Below are positions 43,535-56,985 of a DNA stretch of 64,000 bases, one piece after another. Both the position numbers and the translations under genes were made by a program. The stretch spans positions 682,001 to 746,000 of the forward strand of contig OZ251242.1 in the NCBI GenBank assembly GCA_965240325.2, read 5' to 3'. This DNA comes from Rebecca billardiae RCC1528 (lineage: Eukaryota > Protista > Haptophyta). Under the pieces are notes generated by a model. The model searched no databases. It had not been told where the DNA came from and saw nothing but the letters and a program-made list of their open reading frames with translations. Each line of letters starts with the position of its first letter. Within the stretch, counting starts at the first letter, position 1.

Positions 43535-45976
43535 CCGCCCGACGATCGGCCGGCCCCGCGGCGGAGGCGGCAGCGGGCGCGGAGGCTGACCGGAGGCGCG
43601 GAGCGGGTCGGGCGCAGCTGACTCAGCAGCCTCCGCGATGACTCTCACGACGTACGGTCCTACTGGTCGATAACACGACTCTCACTTGGTCAGGCGACTG
43701 CTACTAGTACCGTACACTCTACAGTGAGCCGCGCGGGCCCGGGCTGACCGCGCGCACCGCCGGGCGCGGCTGCTGCCACAAGTCACGACTCAGCGCCGGA
43801 CGATGACCGGGACCGGGACTCAGTCCGACAGCTGCGTGGCAGGCCGTGACCGACGTGAACGGTGAATCCGACTCCGAGCTTTGAAGCACTTCATCACTGC
43901 TCGTCCGACTGGATGGCGCGGCTGCTCGCTGCTCGTGCGCCGCACCGCCGCCACCGCCTCCGCCGCGCTCTCGTGCGCGGAGGCTTGGCGCCGAGTCCTT
44001 CGCGCGCGAGCTCGAGCTTGCACGCGCCTGGGACGCGCGCCCGCACCCCGCACGTGTCACCTCGTGCGCAGGAGCCAGGTCCGCTTCGAGCCGCCCAAGC
44101 TCCTCCGCGCCTTCCTCGCGCGCGGCAGCGCGCTCGGCCTGACGGCCACGTGCGCGCGCGCCTCACGCCGAGCAGCAGCGGCAAGCGCGAACGCAGCGGT
44201 TTGCCGAGCAGGCTTGCTCGCGGCGGCATCGGCCGAGGCTGCGCGCCACTTGGCCTCGGCCACGCCGAGCAGCACCCTAAGTGCAGCCATCGTCTCGGCG
44301 GCCGCCGCCGTCCGTTCGGCTGCTGCAGCGTGCTCCGCGTGCAGCTGCTTCTCGAGTCTCGGCACGGCGCTCAGCTCGCAGCTCTTGCGCACGTTCGCCT
44401 CCGACAGTTCGGCAACGTGGATCGCGAGCAGGTCGGCGCTGCCGTCCACGGCAGCAATGCTTGCCGCCGAGAGCTGCGTGCCGTGCGGCGGGCGCCGCGG
44501 CGCGGGCGGGCGGGTGGCGGGCGATGAGCGATGGGCCGGGCCAGCGATCGGCGTCTCGTCGACGAGTGCGGGCAGCTGGTGGCGAGCTCCGGCTTGCACG
44601 GGCAGCAGGGAGGTGGAAGGGTAAGGGCAGCGGGCAGTCGGCACGGCCAGGCGGCGGTAGTGACACGACGGCGGTCAACACGGAGGGGTCGAGCCGCGGG
44701 CACGTGGTCTCGGCAGCTGCCGCGCGGGAAGCTGGGTCATGCGGGGCGGCGCTGCAGGTTGCACCCGCCGTGTGAGGCGTCGAGCCGCATCCGCTCTGAG
44801 GGCTCGATCTGGGCGGTGGACACGAACGCCGTAAGCGGAGTGCTGCAGGCGGGGCCGCGAGAGGCGGGGCCGCAACAACTTCCGCCGTTATCGCCGGGCG
44901 GCGACGCCTAGTCGCCGCCCTCCTCGCGCGCCATCGCAGTGATCTGACCCCACACGCCTGGCATCATCGCCTCGGAGAAGTGCTAGTGCCGCGCAGCTCC
45001 AAACTCGAGCGGCGTGCGTGCTCGGAGCAGCAGCCGGCTGCGGATCAGGCTTCAGTCGAATGCATACGCACCTGTGGCTGCCGTGCATGGCCTCCTCACC
45101 GAGGAAGAAGGGTGTTCTGTGGCCATCCATAAAAAAAGGTGCGCACTGGCGCCCGAGCCGCCCGCGCGGCACGCGACCTCAACTGCACCTGTTCCGATCT
45201 CGAGCTGTGGGCAGGGCGGGGTGTCTTGGATCGATGGGGAGACGCTCGGGGAAATTCGTCGGGGTAGTCTGGGACTGCGCGCGCACGCTCCCCGCCCTTC
45301 AGCGCGCCGCGCGTCGCCATGCTGAATTTCCGCGAGCGGGCGGGTGCAGGGGGGGGCCCGTAACGACATCTTTTCCGAAATCTTGCGCTGTGTGCTGTGA
45401 GGTGACGGCGTCAGCGTGAGGACTGATGAGCCAAAATATAGCCATATATATACATATATATGATTATTCACTACGCGGTGTCTGCTGTCTAGTCTGATGC
45501 CCGCTGCTCGCCATCTACTATCTAGCACAGCAGCGGGCGGCCGGATCGCCGCGTCGGGCGCCGTCATCGGGCACTGCCAATGATCCGCCATTGGCATTAA
45601 TCCGCGCGGGACGATCACGATGCGCGCGCGGCGGCAGCTGCTGCGCTCATCAGCGCTGCCATGGCTCGCGGCCCCGCGCTTAGTGGCGCCTGTACCCGCG
45701 GCCCGCCGGCCCGGTCGGCGCCCCGCCGGCCCGTCACCGACTACCGAGCCGGCCGACGGTGCGGCGGCGCCGTCGCGCAGCATGCGCGGTGCCCGATCGG
45801 CGGCTCATCAATCATCAATGGCGGCGCATCATACTGTATCATCATCATCATCAGTGATCAGACTGATGTCTGCTGATGCTGACGATGCAGTCGTGACGAA
45901 TTGACGATCGAATATGCGCTCTGGACGGCTGATCTGCTGACTCGGACGACCGGGGGACCCCGGGGCGTCGTCATCA

Positions 45977-46555
45977 TCACAGTGAGAAGGGCACGTTCAG
46001 GTTGACGAGCAGGAAGCAGTACATGTCCGCCGCCTCCTCGATCACCTTCTCGGTCGGCTTGCCCGCGCCGTGGCCCGCCTTGCGCTCGATCCGCGCGAGG
46101 ATGGCGACGCCCTCCTGCGTCGGCGCGCGCGCGACGAGGTGCTGCAGCGTCGCGACGTGCTTGAAGGTGTGCAGCGGCACCACGCGGTCGTCGTGGTCCG
46201 CGGTGAGCAGCAGCATCGCCGGGTAGCGCACGCCCGCGCGCACGGTGTGCAGCGGCGAGTACGCGAGAATGTTCTCAAAGTCGGCCGCCTCCTCCGGCGT
46301 GCCGTACTCGGAGCACCACGCGTGGCCGATCGTGAACTTGTGGAAGCGGAGCATGTCGAGCACGCCCACCTGGCAGAGCACCGCGCCATACAGCTCGGGC
46401 CGCTGGTTCGCGCACGCCGCGACGAGCAGGCCGCCGTTCGAGCCCCCCTGGATCGCGAGCTTGGCCGGCCGCGTGTACCCGGAGCGGATGAGGTGCTCGG
46501 CCGCGCCGTGGAAGTCGTCAAACACGCGCTGCTTGTTCGCCTTGGTCCCCGCCTG

Positions 46556-46588
<33 letters not shown>

Positions 46589-48706
46589 GATGTTTGCGAG
46601 CGCGTACACGCCTCCGAGCAGCTGCAGCAGCACCAGCCGGAAGGACGAGAAGAAGGGCGTGAGCGAGATGGCGAAGCCGCCGTACCCGTACAGCAGCGTC
46701 GCGTGGTTCCCGTTCTTGGCGAGCGCGCGCCCGTGGATCACAAACATCGGCACCCGCGTGCCGTCCTTGGACGGGTAGAAGAGCTGCTCCGTCACGTAGC
46801 TGCGCGCGGTAGGGGTAGGGGTAGGGTGGGTTAGGGGTAGGGGTAGGGCGCGAGGGGCGCGGGGGAGAGAGGAGGGAGCGCGGCCGCGGCGGTGGCGGCG
46901 CGAGAGCGACGGGCGCGCGCACCGCTGCGGCTTGAAGCCCGGCACGACCGTCTCGAAGAGCAGCGTGAGCGCGCCCGTGGCTGGCTCGTACATGTACGCC
47001 GAGCCCGGGTAGAGGAAGGAGGTGAAGGAGAAGTAGCACTCCTGGTGCGCGCGCTCGCCCGCGAAGCCGGCCACCGTGCCGAGCGTGGGCAGAGGCACCT
47101 CGCGCTCGAGCTCGCACGCGCCGCGCGCGCCGTCGGGCAGTCTGAACTGCTTGAGCGTGTGCTTCACGTGCTCCAGGTAGCAGCAGATCAGCCGGTCGCC
47201 CGCCACGCACTGCGCCCACTCGAGCACGTGCTCGGACTCGGGCAGCACGTCGGAGAAGCTCAGCGCGCCGCCGCTCGCCGCGCCGCTGCGTGCGCGCGCG
47301 CGCAACGCGACGGACGGCAACGCGCGCGACCCCGGTCGTTCAGTGATGGGCGGCGCGGCTCAGCGCGCGCGCTCGCCCTCGCGGCCTCGCCCGGCTTCGC
47401 CGGGGGCCCGCGAGCAATCGCCCTCGCGCCGGCATTCCCCGCGCGCCCCCACCCTCAGCCGCGCTCGCCCGCCCGCGCGGCCCTCCCGCGCGCAGCAACC
47501 CCGCGCCCGCCCGCGCGCAACCCCGCGCGCGCGCGCGGCACACCTGATGTCCACGCGCGTGAGCTTGTACTTGGGCGCGCCCGCGTTGGTCTTGAGCACA
47601 AACGCCGGCCCGTCGTTGGCCACGTACTCGTACTGCGCGGAGAAGTCGTCGACGAGCTTGACGAGCGTGGTGCGCGCCGCGGCGCCCGCGCCGAGCAGCT
47701 CGCCGAGCGGCGCGGCGTACAGCTTGTTCACCGGGTCACACGACTCGAAGATTGTGAGCAGAACGAACGCGCCGTCCTCCGTCACCTCGGCCGCAAACAT
47801 AAAGTCCTCGTGCTGCGGGTCGTCGTACACGAGCACGTCGGCGCCCTGCGCGGTGCCGAGCGCGTGGTAGTACAGCTTGTGGAACTTGGCGGCGGTGGTC
47901 TCGGTGCCCGCCGCGCCGCCGTCGTCCGTGCTCTCCAGCCCGCGCGGCGCGTCGTACCGCGAGTAGAAGAAGCCCGCGCCGTCTGGCGTCCACGCGATGT
48001 GACTAAACTTGACCCACATGAGCACGTCGGCGGGGAGGTCGGCGCAGGTGGCGACGTCGCGCACGCGGATGGTGGCCCAGTCCGAGCCGGAGCGGGAGAC
48101 GGCGTACGCCAGCTTCGTGCCGTCGCGCGAGAAGGCGCGCGCGCCCACCGCCGCCGTGCCGTCCGCTGAGATGCGGTTCGGGTCGAGCAGGGGCTGCGCC
48201 GAGCCGAGCGTTCGGCCTTTGGCGTGCGCCGTCTGCAGCGCGGCGCGCGGCTGCTTGTACAGCACGGCCTGGTTCTGCAGGCCCGAGTTGTGCGAGAAGA
48301 AGCAGAGCTTCTCGCCGTGCCGCGAGGGGCAGCCCCACTTCTCGTAGTTGTACATCTTGCGCAGCCGCGCGCACACGGCGTCGCGCATCTCCGAGCCGAC
48401 CATCTGGTCCATGTACGAGGCGAAGAGGCGGACCTGGCCGTCGACGAAGGCCTTCGTCTCGGGCGTGTGCTCGCTCTCGAGCCAGCGGTACGGGTCCGGC
48501 ACCTGCCGGCCGTGCAGGCTCTCGACGAGCTTCTCGTCGCGGTGCACCGGCGGGTAGGCGAGCGACACGTTCTCGCGCGCGCGCACGGCGTGCAGCAGCG
48601 CCTTCCACGACGACTCGCTCACGTCGAGGTGCTCGTTCTCGAGCATCGCCGCCAGCCTGGACGGCGTGGCGAGCGGCTTGGACGTCTGCCGCCCGAGCGA
48701 AGGCAT
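45977..48706 (-). CDS. PREP: Prolyl oligopeptidase (S9A)
   Basis: Exons ~48706-47544, 47285-46923 and 46799-45977. VPDPYRWLE, GSDW, YGYGGF, NIRGGGEYG, and catalytic GGSNGG / DDRV / GHG. Confidence 0.95.
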
Positions 48707-48906
48707 CGTGTTGGGCTTCGAACCGGCGTCCGCCGGCGATGCGTCGACGAGCTTCGTCGGCTCGAGTGGCAGCGGTCGCTCGAGGACCAAGCCCACGATC
48801 GGACTGCTCGAAGCAGTCCGGCGCGGCGCCGCGGGCCGTGGCGAGCCGGACCACTGCCACCATGCGCAACGGTGAACACTCAAAAGTATGGATCTGGATG
48901 AAATAT

Positions 48907-49767
48907 TTCACAATCTTTCATTTCATGAAATTTTCATGAAAAATACTGAAAGTTTCAAAGGCCATTCCAATCTTTCATGAAAGATTGCTCAGCGGGAATA
49001 AAAAATGACGTGATTTTCTCCGAAAATATATTCCTTGCCAGCATGGCCGCGCGTGGCGCGGCTGCGCACGGCAAGCCAGCGGTGCTGGCCGACAGCGCGT
49101 GGATCGTCACTGTCACGGCATGCGGCCTTGGCGCAACATGCTACTATCCTCGGCATGCCTTCCGTCAGCCCTTCATACACCCTGCAGCGAAACATTCAAC
49201 AACATCTCGGGCCTCGAGAGCACCGAGCACCCCCAAGGCGACAGTGGCTCCGTAGAATCCATCACCCGGTTGTCCAGAGTCAGCGTCCGCAAGCGCTCAG
49301 CAGCCTTCTCAGACTCGAGCTCCTGCTGAGGCTTCTCCTGCAGCAGCCGGTCGAAGTCAGCCTCGACCTCGGTCGTCTGAGCTCGCTCATACAGCAGGCT
49401 CACACGCGCCGAGCCGCCGTGTGATCACGGCTCGTCGTAGTCGGCGCCGTCAGTCTGCGGCGCGGAGACGCGCAGCAGGGAGCCAGGGAGCAGGACAAAA
49501 GCCGGGGCTAAGCAAGGTGGAGCGCGCCACGCGCGTGCGTGCGCGCGCCTCACGCGCCGCACGCGCCGTAGCGCCCGGCCTTGCTCCGCCGAGGCGGCTC
49601 GATGCCGCCGACATGGTGGGCGGAAAATCATTTTAGTCACTGCTGGGAATAAATTAATTCCCGCAGCGCAGGACGTGAAAACTTCACAATCTTTCACTTT
49701 TCATGAAATTTTCATGAAAAATACTGAAACTTTCAATGGCCATTTCAATCTTTCATGAAAGATTGAA
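48907..49767. repeat. Two direct copies (48907-48987, 49683-49765) of an AT-rich ~80-bp unit built from TTTCATGAAA palindromes
   Basis: Both copies contain ttcatgaaattttcatgaaaaatactgaaa and the perfect palindrome caatctttcatgaaagattg. Confidence 0.85.
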
Positions 49768-49797
49768 TCCATACTCAAAAGCAGACGGTTGGCGGCC

Positions 49798-50350
49798 ATG
49801 CTCGCCGACGAGCGCGCGCAGATCGCCGCGCTGCTGCGCAAGGTGGGCATCGACGACTCGGAGGCGGTGGCGGACGAGGTGCTCGCTGATGACTCGGACG
49901 ACGGCGTACTCTCCTCCGCCTTCTCCGACTCAGCGCTCCTCTCGCCGCGCGGCTCTTCCGAAGGCGAGGGCGCGCTCGCCGCGCTCGCGCGCGCCGCGGA
50001 CGCAGACGGCTCGTCGCCGGGCTCGTCGCCGCAGAGCGGCTCGCCCACGCCGACGCGCACACGTCCGTCAAGCGCCAGCGCCGACCGCCCGCCCGGCTCG
50101 CTCTCGCGCCGCGCCCTCGAGAACCTCGCGCGCTCGATGCGCAAGGCTCTGAGCTCGCTGCAGTCCGAGCTGGCTCACCGCCAGCGAGCGCACGAGGCGG
50201 AGCGCGCGGCGCTGGTCGAGCAGGCGCGCGCGCTGCACGAGCAGCTGGTCGCAACGGAGTCCGCGCGCGCGCACGCGTCGGACGAGCTCGCGCGCGCGCT
50301 CAGCGCCAGCGACGCGGCCGCTGCGCACGGCGGCGAGCGCGGCGGCGCGT

Positions 50351-50385
<35 letters not shown>

Positions 50386-53269
50386 TGGGAGCAGCAGGCG
50401 CAGCTGAGCGCGCTCGTGGACGCGCAGGTGCGCGAGCACCTGTCGCACGCGCGCGCCGAGCTCGCGGCGCGCACGCCGCTCGACGCCGGCGGCGCGGGCG
50501 GCCCCGCGGCCGCGGTGCGGCTCGCTGCGCTCCGCGCGACGCCGCCAGAGCAGCAGAGCCTCGGCGAGGCTGCGGCGGTGCGCGCGCTCGAGCTCGCGGC
50601 GGCGGAGCGCGCGCGCGCGGAGGAGGCGGTGCGCGCGGCGGAGCGCGGCCGCGCGGAGGCCGAGGCGCGCGCCGCCGCCGCCGAGGAGTCCGCCGCCGCC
50701 GAGCGAACGTCCGCGGCGGACGCGCGCGCGGCGCGCGACGCGGGCAGCGCGCGCGCGGCGGAGGCGAGCGCGGCGCTTGCGGAGGCGCGCGCGCTTCGCG
50801 ACGAGACGGCGGCGCTGGCGGCGCGCGCGGACGTGCGCGAGCTGTCCGAGGCGCGGGCGCGCGTGCGCGCCGCCGAGCGCGCGCGCGAGGAGGCGCTCGC
50901 CGACGCCGCCGCCGCGCGCGCCGAGGCGGCCGCGGCGCGCCAGGAGGCCAGCCGGGCAGACGCGGCCGCGGCCGACGCGCGCGCCGCGCGCTCGCTCGCG
51001 GCGGACGAGGCGGGCGCGGCGCGGCGGCGCGCGGAGGCGGACGCGGAGCGCGCGGCGACGGCGAGCGCGCAGCTCTCCGACGCGCTCTCCGCCCTCGAGC
51101 GCGAGCGCGCCGAGAAGGGCACGCTGCTCGCGCGCGCGCTCGAGTCATCGGAGCGCGCGCAAACTGCCCTCTCTCGTCGCGTGGACTCGGAAGTGGCCAA
51201 GTGGGCTGAGAGCGCGCGCGCCGCGGCGGAGCGCGCGCGCGAGGCGCACGCGCGCGAGGCGGCGCAGCTGGGCGAGGCGCGCGACGTCGCGCGCGCCGAC
51301 GCCGCGCGCGCCGCCGAGCGCGCCGCCGAGCTCCAGTCGCAGCTCGACGACGCGACGCGCGCCGCGGCCGACGCGCGCGCGGCCAGCGCCACCGAGGCGG
51401 CAGGCTTGCGCTCCGCGCTCGAGCGCGCGCGCTTCGAGGCGGACCGGCTGGGCGTGGCGCACGCCGAGGCGCTCGCGGCGGCGCGCACGGAGCAGGCGGC
51501 GCTGGCGCTGTGGAAGGACAAGGCGGAGGTCCTCAAGTCCGAGTTCTACGCGCTCCAGGCGCGCGCGGCCGAGGAGGGCGCCGCGCTGCGCGCGCGCTGC
51601 GAGCGGCTCGCGGCCGAGGCGGAGGCGGCGCGTCGGTTGGAGGCCGAGGCGGAGGAGGCGGTGCTGGCGGCGGGCGAGGCGGGCGAGGAGGAGGGCGAGG
51701 CGGGCGGCGGCGGCGCGCTCGCCCTCGCCAACGCGCTCGGCGCCTCGGGCGCCACGCGCGCCGTCCGCCTCGCTCGGGAGGCGCTCGCCGAGCGGAGGCG
51801 CGCCGACGCCCTGTCGGCTCAGCTCGCCGACGCGACCGCCGAGCTCGGGCGCGCGCGCGAGCGGCTGCGCGCGGCGACGGAGGCGCTGCGCCACGCGGAC
51901 GCGCCGCAGGGGGTGCTGCTGGAGGAGATCACGAAGCGCGACGAGGAGGTGCTCCGCGCGCGCGACGCCGCGCGCGCCCTCTCCTCCGAGCTCCAGCACA
52001 AGGTGCGGCGCGCGCCGCGCGCGCGCCGCGCGCGCCGCGCGCGCGCGCGCGCCGCACATGCGGCGCGCGCGGCGCGCGACACGGCGCGTGCGCCGGCGCG
52101 AGCGAGCGACAGAGAGCTGCGCGGGCAGACGGCCGAATGGTCAGCCCCGAAGCAAATCCTGCGGGGGGAGGAAGGGCGAAATCGAACGCGCACAGCCGGC
52201 GAAGCGCCGCCCGCGCGCGCGAGGCGCGGGCCACGCTCGCGCCGCGCGCGCACAAACAGCCGGCCCCGCGCCCTCAGCCGCACCCCTCCGCCCCCTCTGC
52301 TGCCCCCTCCGCGCGCCGCGCGCCGCGCAGGAGAGGCGGCTGCAGGCAGCGTTGGCGCAGCAGCGGGAGATGCAATCTGACGTCCAGCGGCTGCTGGCGA
52401 ACAGGGAGGTGTGCGCGCACGCAGCGCGCAGCGCCGCGCCGCAGCGCGCCGCAGCGCACCGCAGCGCGCCGCAGCGCGCCGCAGCGCGCCGCACAGCGCA
52501 CACGGTCCCGCGGACAGCGCGCGCAAAGGCGCAGCGCCCGGCGCGCACCGCCGCTGCGGCGCCGTGTCGCGGCGCCAGCCGCGCCGCCGCGCCCACGGCT
52601 CCGCCTGGCGCCGTGCGCTTTGCGCTCGGGGCATGCGCGTGTGTGCCCGGCTGCGGGAGCGGGGCCTCGGCGCATGGCGGCCGCAGGGCGCGCTCCGGGC
52701 CGCGCGCGCCCGACGCACACGGCTGTCCACGCGCCGCGCTCCAACCACGCAGTGCCCTCATCCGGCCCTTCCGGCGCCGGGCGCCGCACGCGCCGCACGC
52801 ACCGCGCGACGCCGCCGCGCAGGAGCTGCATCAGATCAGGGCCGAGCTGGAGCGCATGGTCGGGGGCACGCGAGAAGGGTTAGGGTTAGGGTTAGGGGTT
52901 AGGGTCGGGGGCACGCGAGAAGGACCGCCGGCGCGAGCGGCGGGTGGCCGCGCAGGCACAAGCCCTCCAGCTAGGCGCGCGGGGCAGGGCTCCGCCTCCG
53001 GCAGACGGTCCGCGCTGGCGAGCCGCGAGAGTTCAGCTGTGCCAAGCCCCCGCGCGCGAGGCGCTGGGCGCACGCGCACGCCGCCGGCGTCCGCTGCCGA
53101 GCACAGCGCCGGCATTCGGACGGGTCGTGCGACAGTGCCCGGGGGGCAGGCACGCAGCGGTGGCGCGGCGGCTGGCGGTGCGACGGCCGGTGCGGCCGGT
53201 GCGGCGGCCGGCCGCGAGCTCGCACCGGTTGCCTGCCGGATCGAGGGCGCCGGGCCATCCGAGTTCTGA
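49798..53269 (+). CDS. PIBF1: Centriolar coiled-coil protein PIBF1/CEP90-like
   Basis: Exons 49798-52002, 52331-52408 and 52823-53269. KAEVLKSEFYALQ, AVRLAREAL, PQGVLLEEITKRD and MQSDVQRLLANREEL match the PIBF1 C-terminal motifs in order (recalled, not aligned). Confidence 0.8.
52858..52923 (+). repeat. Interstitial telomeric insertion with 21-bp flanking duplication
   Basis: ggtcgggggcacgcgagaagg + gttagggttagggttaggggttag + ggtcgggggcacgcgagaagg. Confidence 0.9.
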
Positions 53270-53473
53270 GTCTGACGATGACTCACCGGCGCCACGCGCG
53301 CCGCGCTGGCCGCGGCTGGGCGGCCGTGGGCGCGACGCCGGACGCCGCCGCATACTGAGTTTATATTCATGCACAGTCGCGCGCGGGCTGGTGGCTGAAG
53401 CCTATGCATGACCGTTATGATTACTCATATATATATATACGATTCGCGCCAGTAGTTTTTATATAATTATAAT

Positions 53474-53486
53474 AGAGAGAGAGACG

Positions 53487-53523
<37 letters not shown>
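53474..53523. repeat. (GA)n microsatellite, interrupted
   Basis: Direct reading. Confidence 0.9.
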
Positions 53524-53525
<2 letters not shown>

Positions 53526-53966
53526 CAGTGATTAACCGCCACGGCCCACACCGTCAATCGACTCAATCGTCATTATTAATGCCGACGGTCGGCTCGCAGC
53601 GGCTCAGTCGCTCGGACTCGCTGTCCGCAAGTAGTGCGCTGCATGATTCTTCATTCTAAGTCGTGAGTAGTGTCATAGTGACAGTGATACTATACGCCTG
53701 TCTACGGTATACTACTACGATATGATATGCAGCGTGCATACTAGACAGGCGGGCGGCAGGTCAGAGCCCCACTGACATGCTGTGGGGTGTGCATGTGGCC
53801 GCCCAAAATCCAACATTATTAACATATAGCTTTCTGTCGTCTTGTGTCTCTTGTTTGTGATGAGGCTCTCAAACTTCGGGATGTATCGTCAATATTATTC
53901 GTCGATCTAGGAATTGAAATGACCTGGGGTCACGCTGACGCAAGTTTTGCGAATGAAAAAATGATG

Positions 53967-53968
<2 letters not shown>

Positions 53969-54043
<75 letters not shown>

Positions 54044-54056
54044 CATACATACATAC
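53969..54056. repeat. (TA)n/(TACA)n microsatellite
   Basis: Direct reading. Confidence 0.95.
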
Positions 54057-54755
54057 ACTGGATAGGTACGACCTCAATCTCGACGCGATCTCAGCAACAT
54101 TAGTAGGGCTGGAGATACACGATCTCCAAGGGGATCTCGCTATTTGTGACACCAGAATCGCACCGGCTAGATCACATTTTGGCAGTCTGAAATTGGCACA
54201 GGCGGATTCTACACCCTGGAATTAATAAGCCTAAACGAACTTAAACGAAATCAAACAGTTATAAACCAGGGAGATATTCCATAGATTTCGCGATTTCGGG
54301 AGATTGTGTCACTCGGAAGTGTAACGGTCGGAGCTCTGACCGGTCTGACCCGACTAGACAGTGCAATCGCAGGCGGCGGCCCGTAGTGGCGGATCGACTG
54401 CACTGCTGTCCACGGTTGCTCAGACCTCCCGGCGCCCGTGTGGCGACTGGCGTGTCCGACCATGCAGCGCCCGCCCACGCGCGCGCACCTCGAGAAGATG
54501 CACACGTGCGCTTCGCCTTCTGCCCTGGTTCTGGTCTCTGGAAGCCCACCGCAAGGCGTCATCGCCCTACGGCCCTAAAATGGCCAAATGAACGCCGGCC
54601 AAGTGCTATCGAAACGAAACCGGTTCCTCGTGCTGCGCCAGCCCGCGCAGTGCGGCCTGTGCGGGCCGGGCGGGGCGCTCTTCGGTCACGATGGTGGCAC
54701 TTGGGCGATGGCCGATGGGCGTGGATGCTGCCATGTCGTCCGCTGCGTGCCGCGT

Positions 54756-56985
54756 ATGATGCCGTCGGTGGGCGCGCGCATCGCCCTTGCGCCCCGGCTG
54801 CTGCTACTCCTACTGCTGGGCCTGCTCCACACACCGCAGGCAGCGCAGCCCCGGATCGCTGTCAGCGACTTTCTCGACGTCGCCTCGCCCAAGGCCATCA
54901 GCTCGTTTGCGCGCTGCAACGGCATGCTCGGAAAGTGGCCACCGTTGCGCGACTGCGTGCCGCTCCCGTGGCTGGGCGCGGGCCCGCCAAGCGTGCGTGA
55001 GCTGCGGCACTCGGTGCTCAACATGCGCGTGATCTACAACGTGAGTGCGCGCGTGTGCGCGGGGCACCCCTCGTTCGTCCGCGCCGGCTTGGCGCCACCC
55101 GACTACTGCCTCAACCCGAGCCCGCGCTGCAACATGCTCCACCCCTCCGACCAGATCGACGAGTATAACAACGAGCGGGTACGTGTACGAGTCGTCTCAT
55201 AGCCGCGCATGCGCCGCATGCACGCTCCGCGCCGCGTCGGCGTCCCTTGCTTGGCGCGAGCCCCTCCGACGGACGCGCGCCTTTGGCCGCCACGCCTGTG
55301 CCCCCGCCGCCGCCGCCCAGGTGTTCCTCGCGCGCCACCTGCAGACAGCCAGCACGGTGTGCGACCCCGGCGCGGGGCCGGGCGCATGTGAGGCGGACAT
55401 CATCGTGGTGCCCTCTCTCATCATGCACTTCTTCGTGCTCCGCGGCTTCACGTGGGCGTACCACGACTGCATCCCTCAGGAGGCGCACCTCGCGTTTTTC
55501 GCCGAGGTCCGACGGCTTTACTTTGACGGTCGCGAGCCGCCACCGCTCATTGTGATGCACTCCGAGGTGCCGCATAGCGCCGGCTCGACGGGTGCGCTGA
55601 TCACCGCGCTCGGGCAGCAGCCGCGCGACTTCACCTCTGCGATGGTAGTGGGGCACAGGCTGTCGCGGCTGATGCGGTATCAACGACACCTCTTCGGCGC
55701 GGAGTGGTCCGACGACGCGATGGTCGAGCTCCCGCGCAGGGAGGCGCTCGTTGGCGGTGGCGGCGCCCTCAGCGGCACGGCTGCCGGTGGCGGCGGCGGC
55801 ACGGCGGCGCCTGTGGGCTTGGACTGGGGCGGGCCACTCCTCATCTCGGTGCCATCCGGCACTGGCTTTGTCCGAGCGCCGATGCTCTGGCCGCCCAGCC
55901 CCGCCTCCGGCCGTAGTGCCATCATCAGCAGCCGCGCTGCCAAGCGCCCACGAGCATCAAAACGCCAAGGCGAGCGTCATCAGCGCGACATCTTCATCCT
56001 CGCCGCCGCGAATTTGAAGCGAGGCGGCCACCGTGATGAGCACGGCCGTCAGAATCAGTACGTGCGGCGGCACATCCTCGAGGGCATGCGCAGGCTGCGC
56101 GCCAACTGCACCAAGACGCTCTCAGTGTGCGCCGAGTGCGCCAAGCTCAAGCGGCAGCGCGGCGCGTGCCCACTCCTGACGCCAGGCGGCACAGCGGCCG
56201 TGCACGACGCTGTGGCAGCGCGCGACGCATCACCGATGCTCTCGCAGGTGCTGCGTGCGCACCTCTGCTTCGAGCCACCGGGCGACACGCTCGAAAGGTC
56301 GCACATGTACATCGCGCTGCTGAGTCAGTGCGTGCCGATTCTGATCGAGGGGGGCCACCGCAGCTACGACGAGAGGCAGCACACGCCGTGGCCGTGGCGT
56401 CTGCCGCCGTCGCGGCCGGCGGCCGAGCGTGCTGACGAGCCATCGACATCTCTTCCGCCAGAGGGCTCCGACGACGGCAGCCCCACGGCCGCGAATGAGA
56501 GCAGCCGCCCCGCGCGCCACAATGGCCGGCACGGCCTTGACTACTCGCGCTTTGCTGTTGTGCTCAACGCCTCCGCCTTCGGCTCCGCTTCCATCAGCCG
56601 CTCGTTCGGCACGGCGTGGCACGCATCCGTACGCGCGCTCGTCGGCTCGGCTCGGCTCGCCGAGATGCGCGCAGAGCTGTGGCGCGTCGCCCCCTTCTTC
56701 GTCTACGCCCTCGACGATGCGAGCTGTGCCGAGGATGCCACCGCACGGCTGCGCGCGGGCTGGCGCCCACCTGCGGGCATAGTGAACATCGGCGGCGAGG
56801 CTGGCGGAGATGATGCCGACCGAGCTCAAGCTGCTGCGGGCGGCCTGATAGTGAAGAATGCGAGTGCCGACCGCCAGCCGCCACCGCCGCTGCCGCCGTG
56901 CGATGCCTTTGATGTGTACCGGCGGCTGCTCGTGCGCGCCTGGCGGGTGCACCGCGTCGTGACTGCGAGTGCAACCACTGGCTGA
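54756..56985 (+). CDS. Exostosin/GT47-like glycosyltransferase, copy 1
   Basis: Exons 54756-55178 and 55321-56985. Hydrophobic leader, ADIIVVP, LCFEPPGDTLERSHMYIALLSQCVPILI and LDYSRFAV. Confidence 0.8.

Noticed and set aside
44057-44644. Ala-rich coiled-coil-like ORF
   Set aside because: Non-ATG start, no recognisable domain and no defined gene structure.
52879-52902. Chromosome end or mini-intron
   Set aside because: Only four units, internal and flanked by a duplication. At 24 nt it is too short for an intron, and no 45-nt GT-AG window fits.
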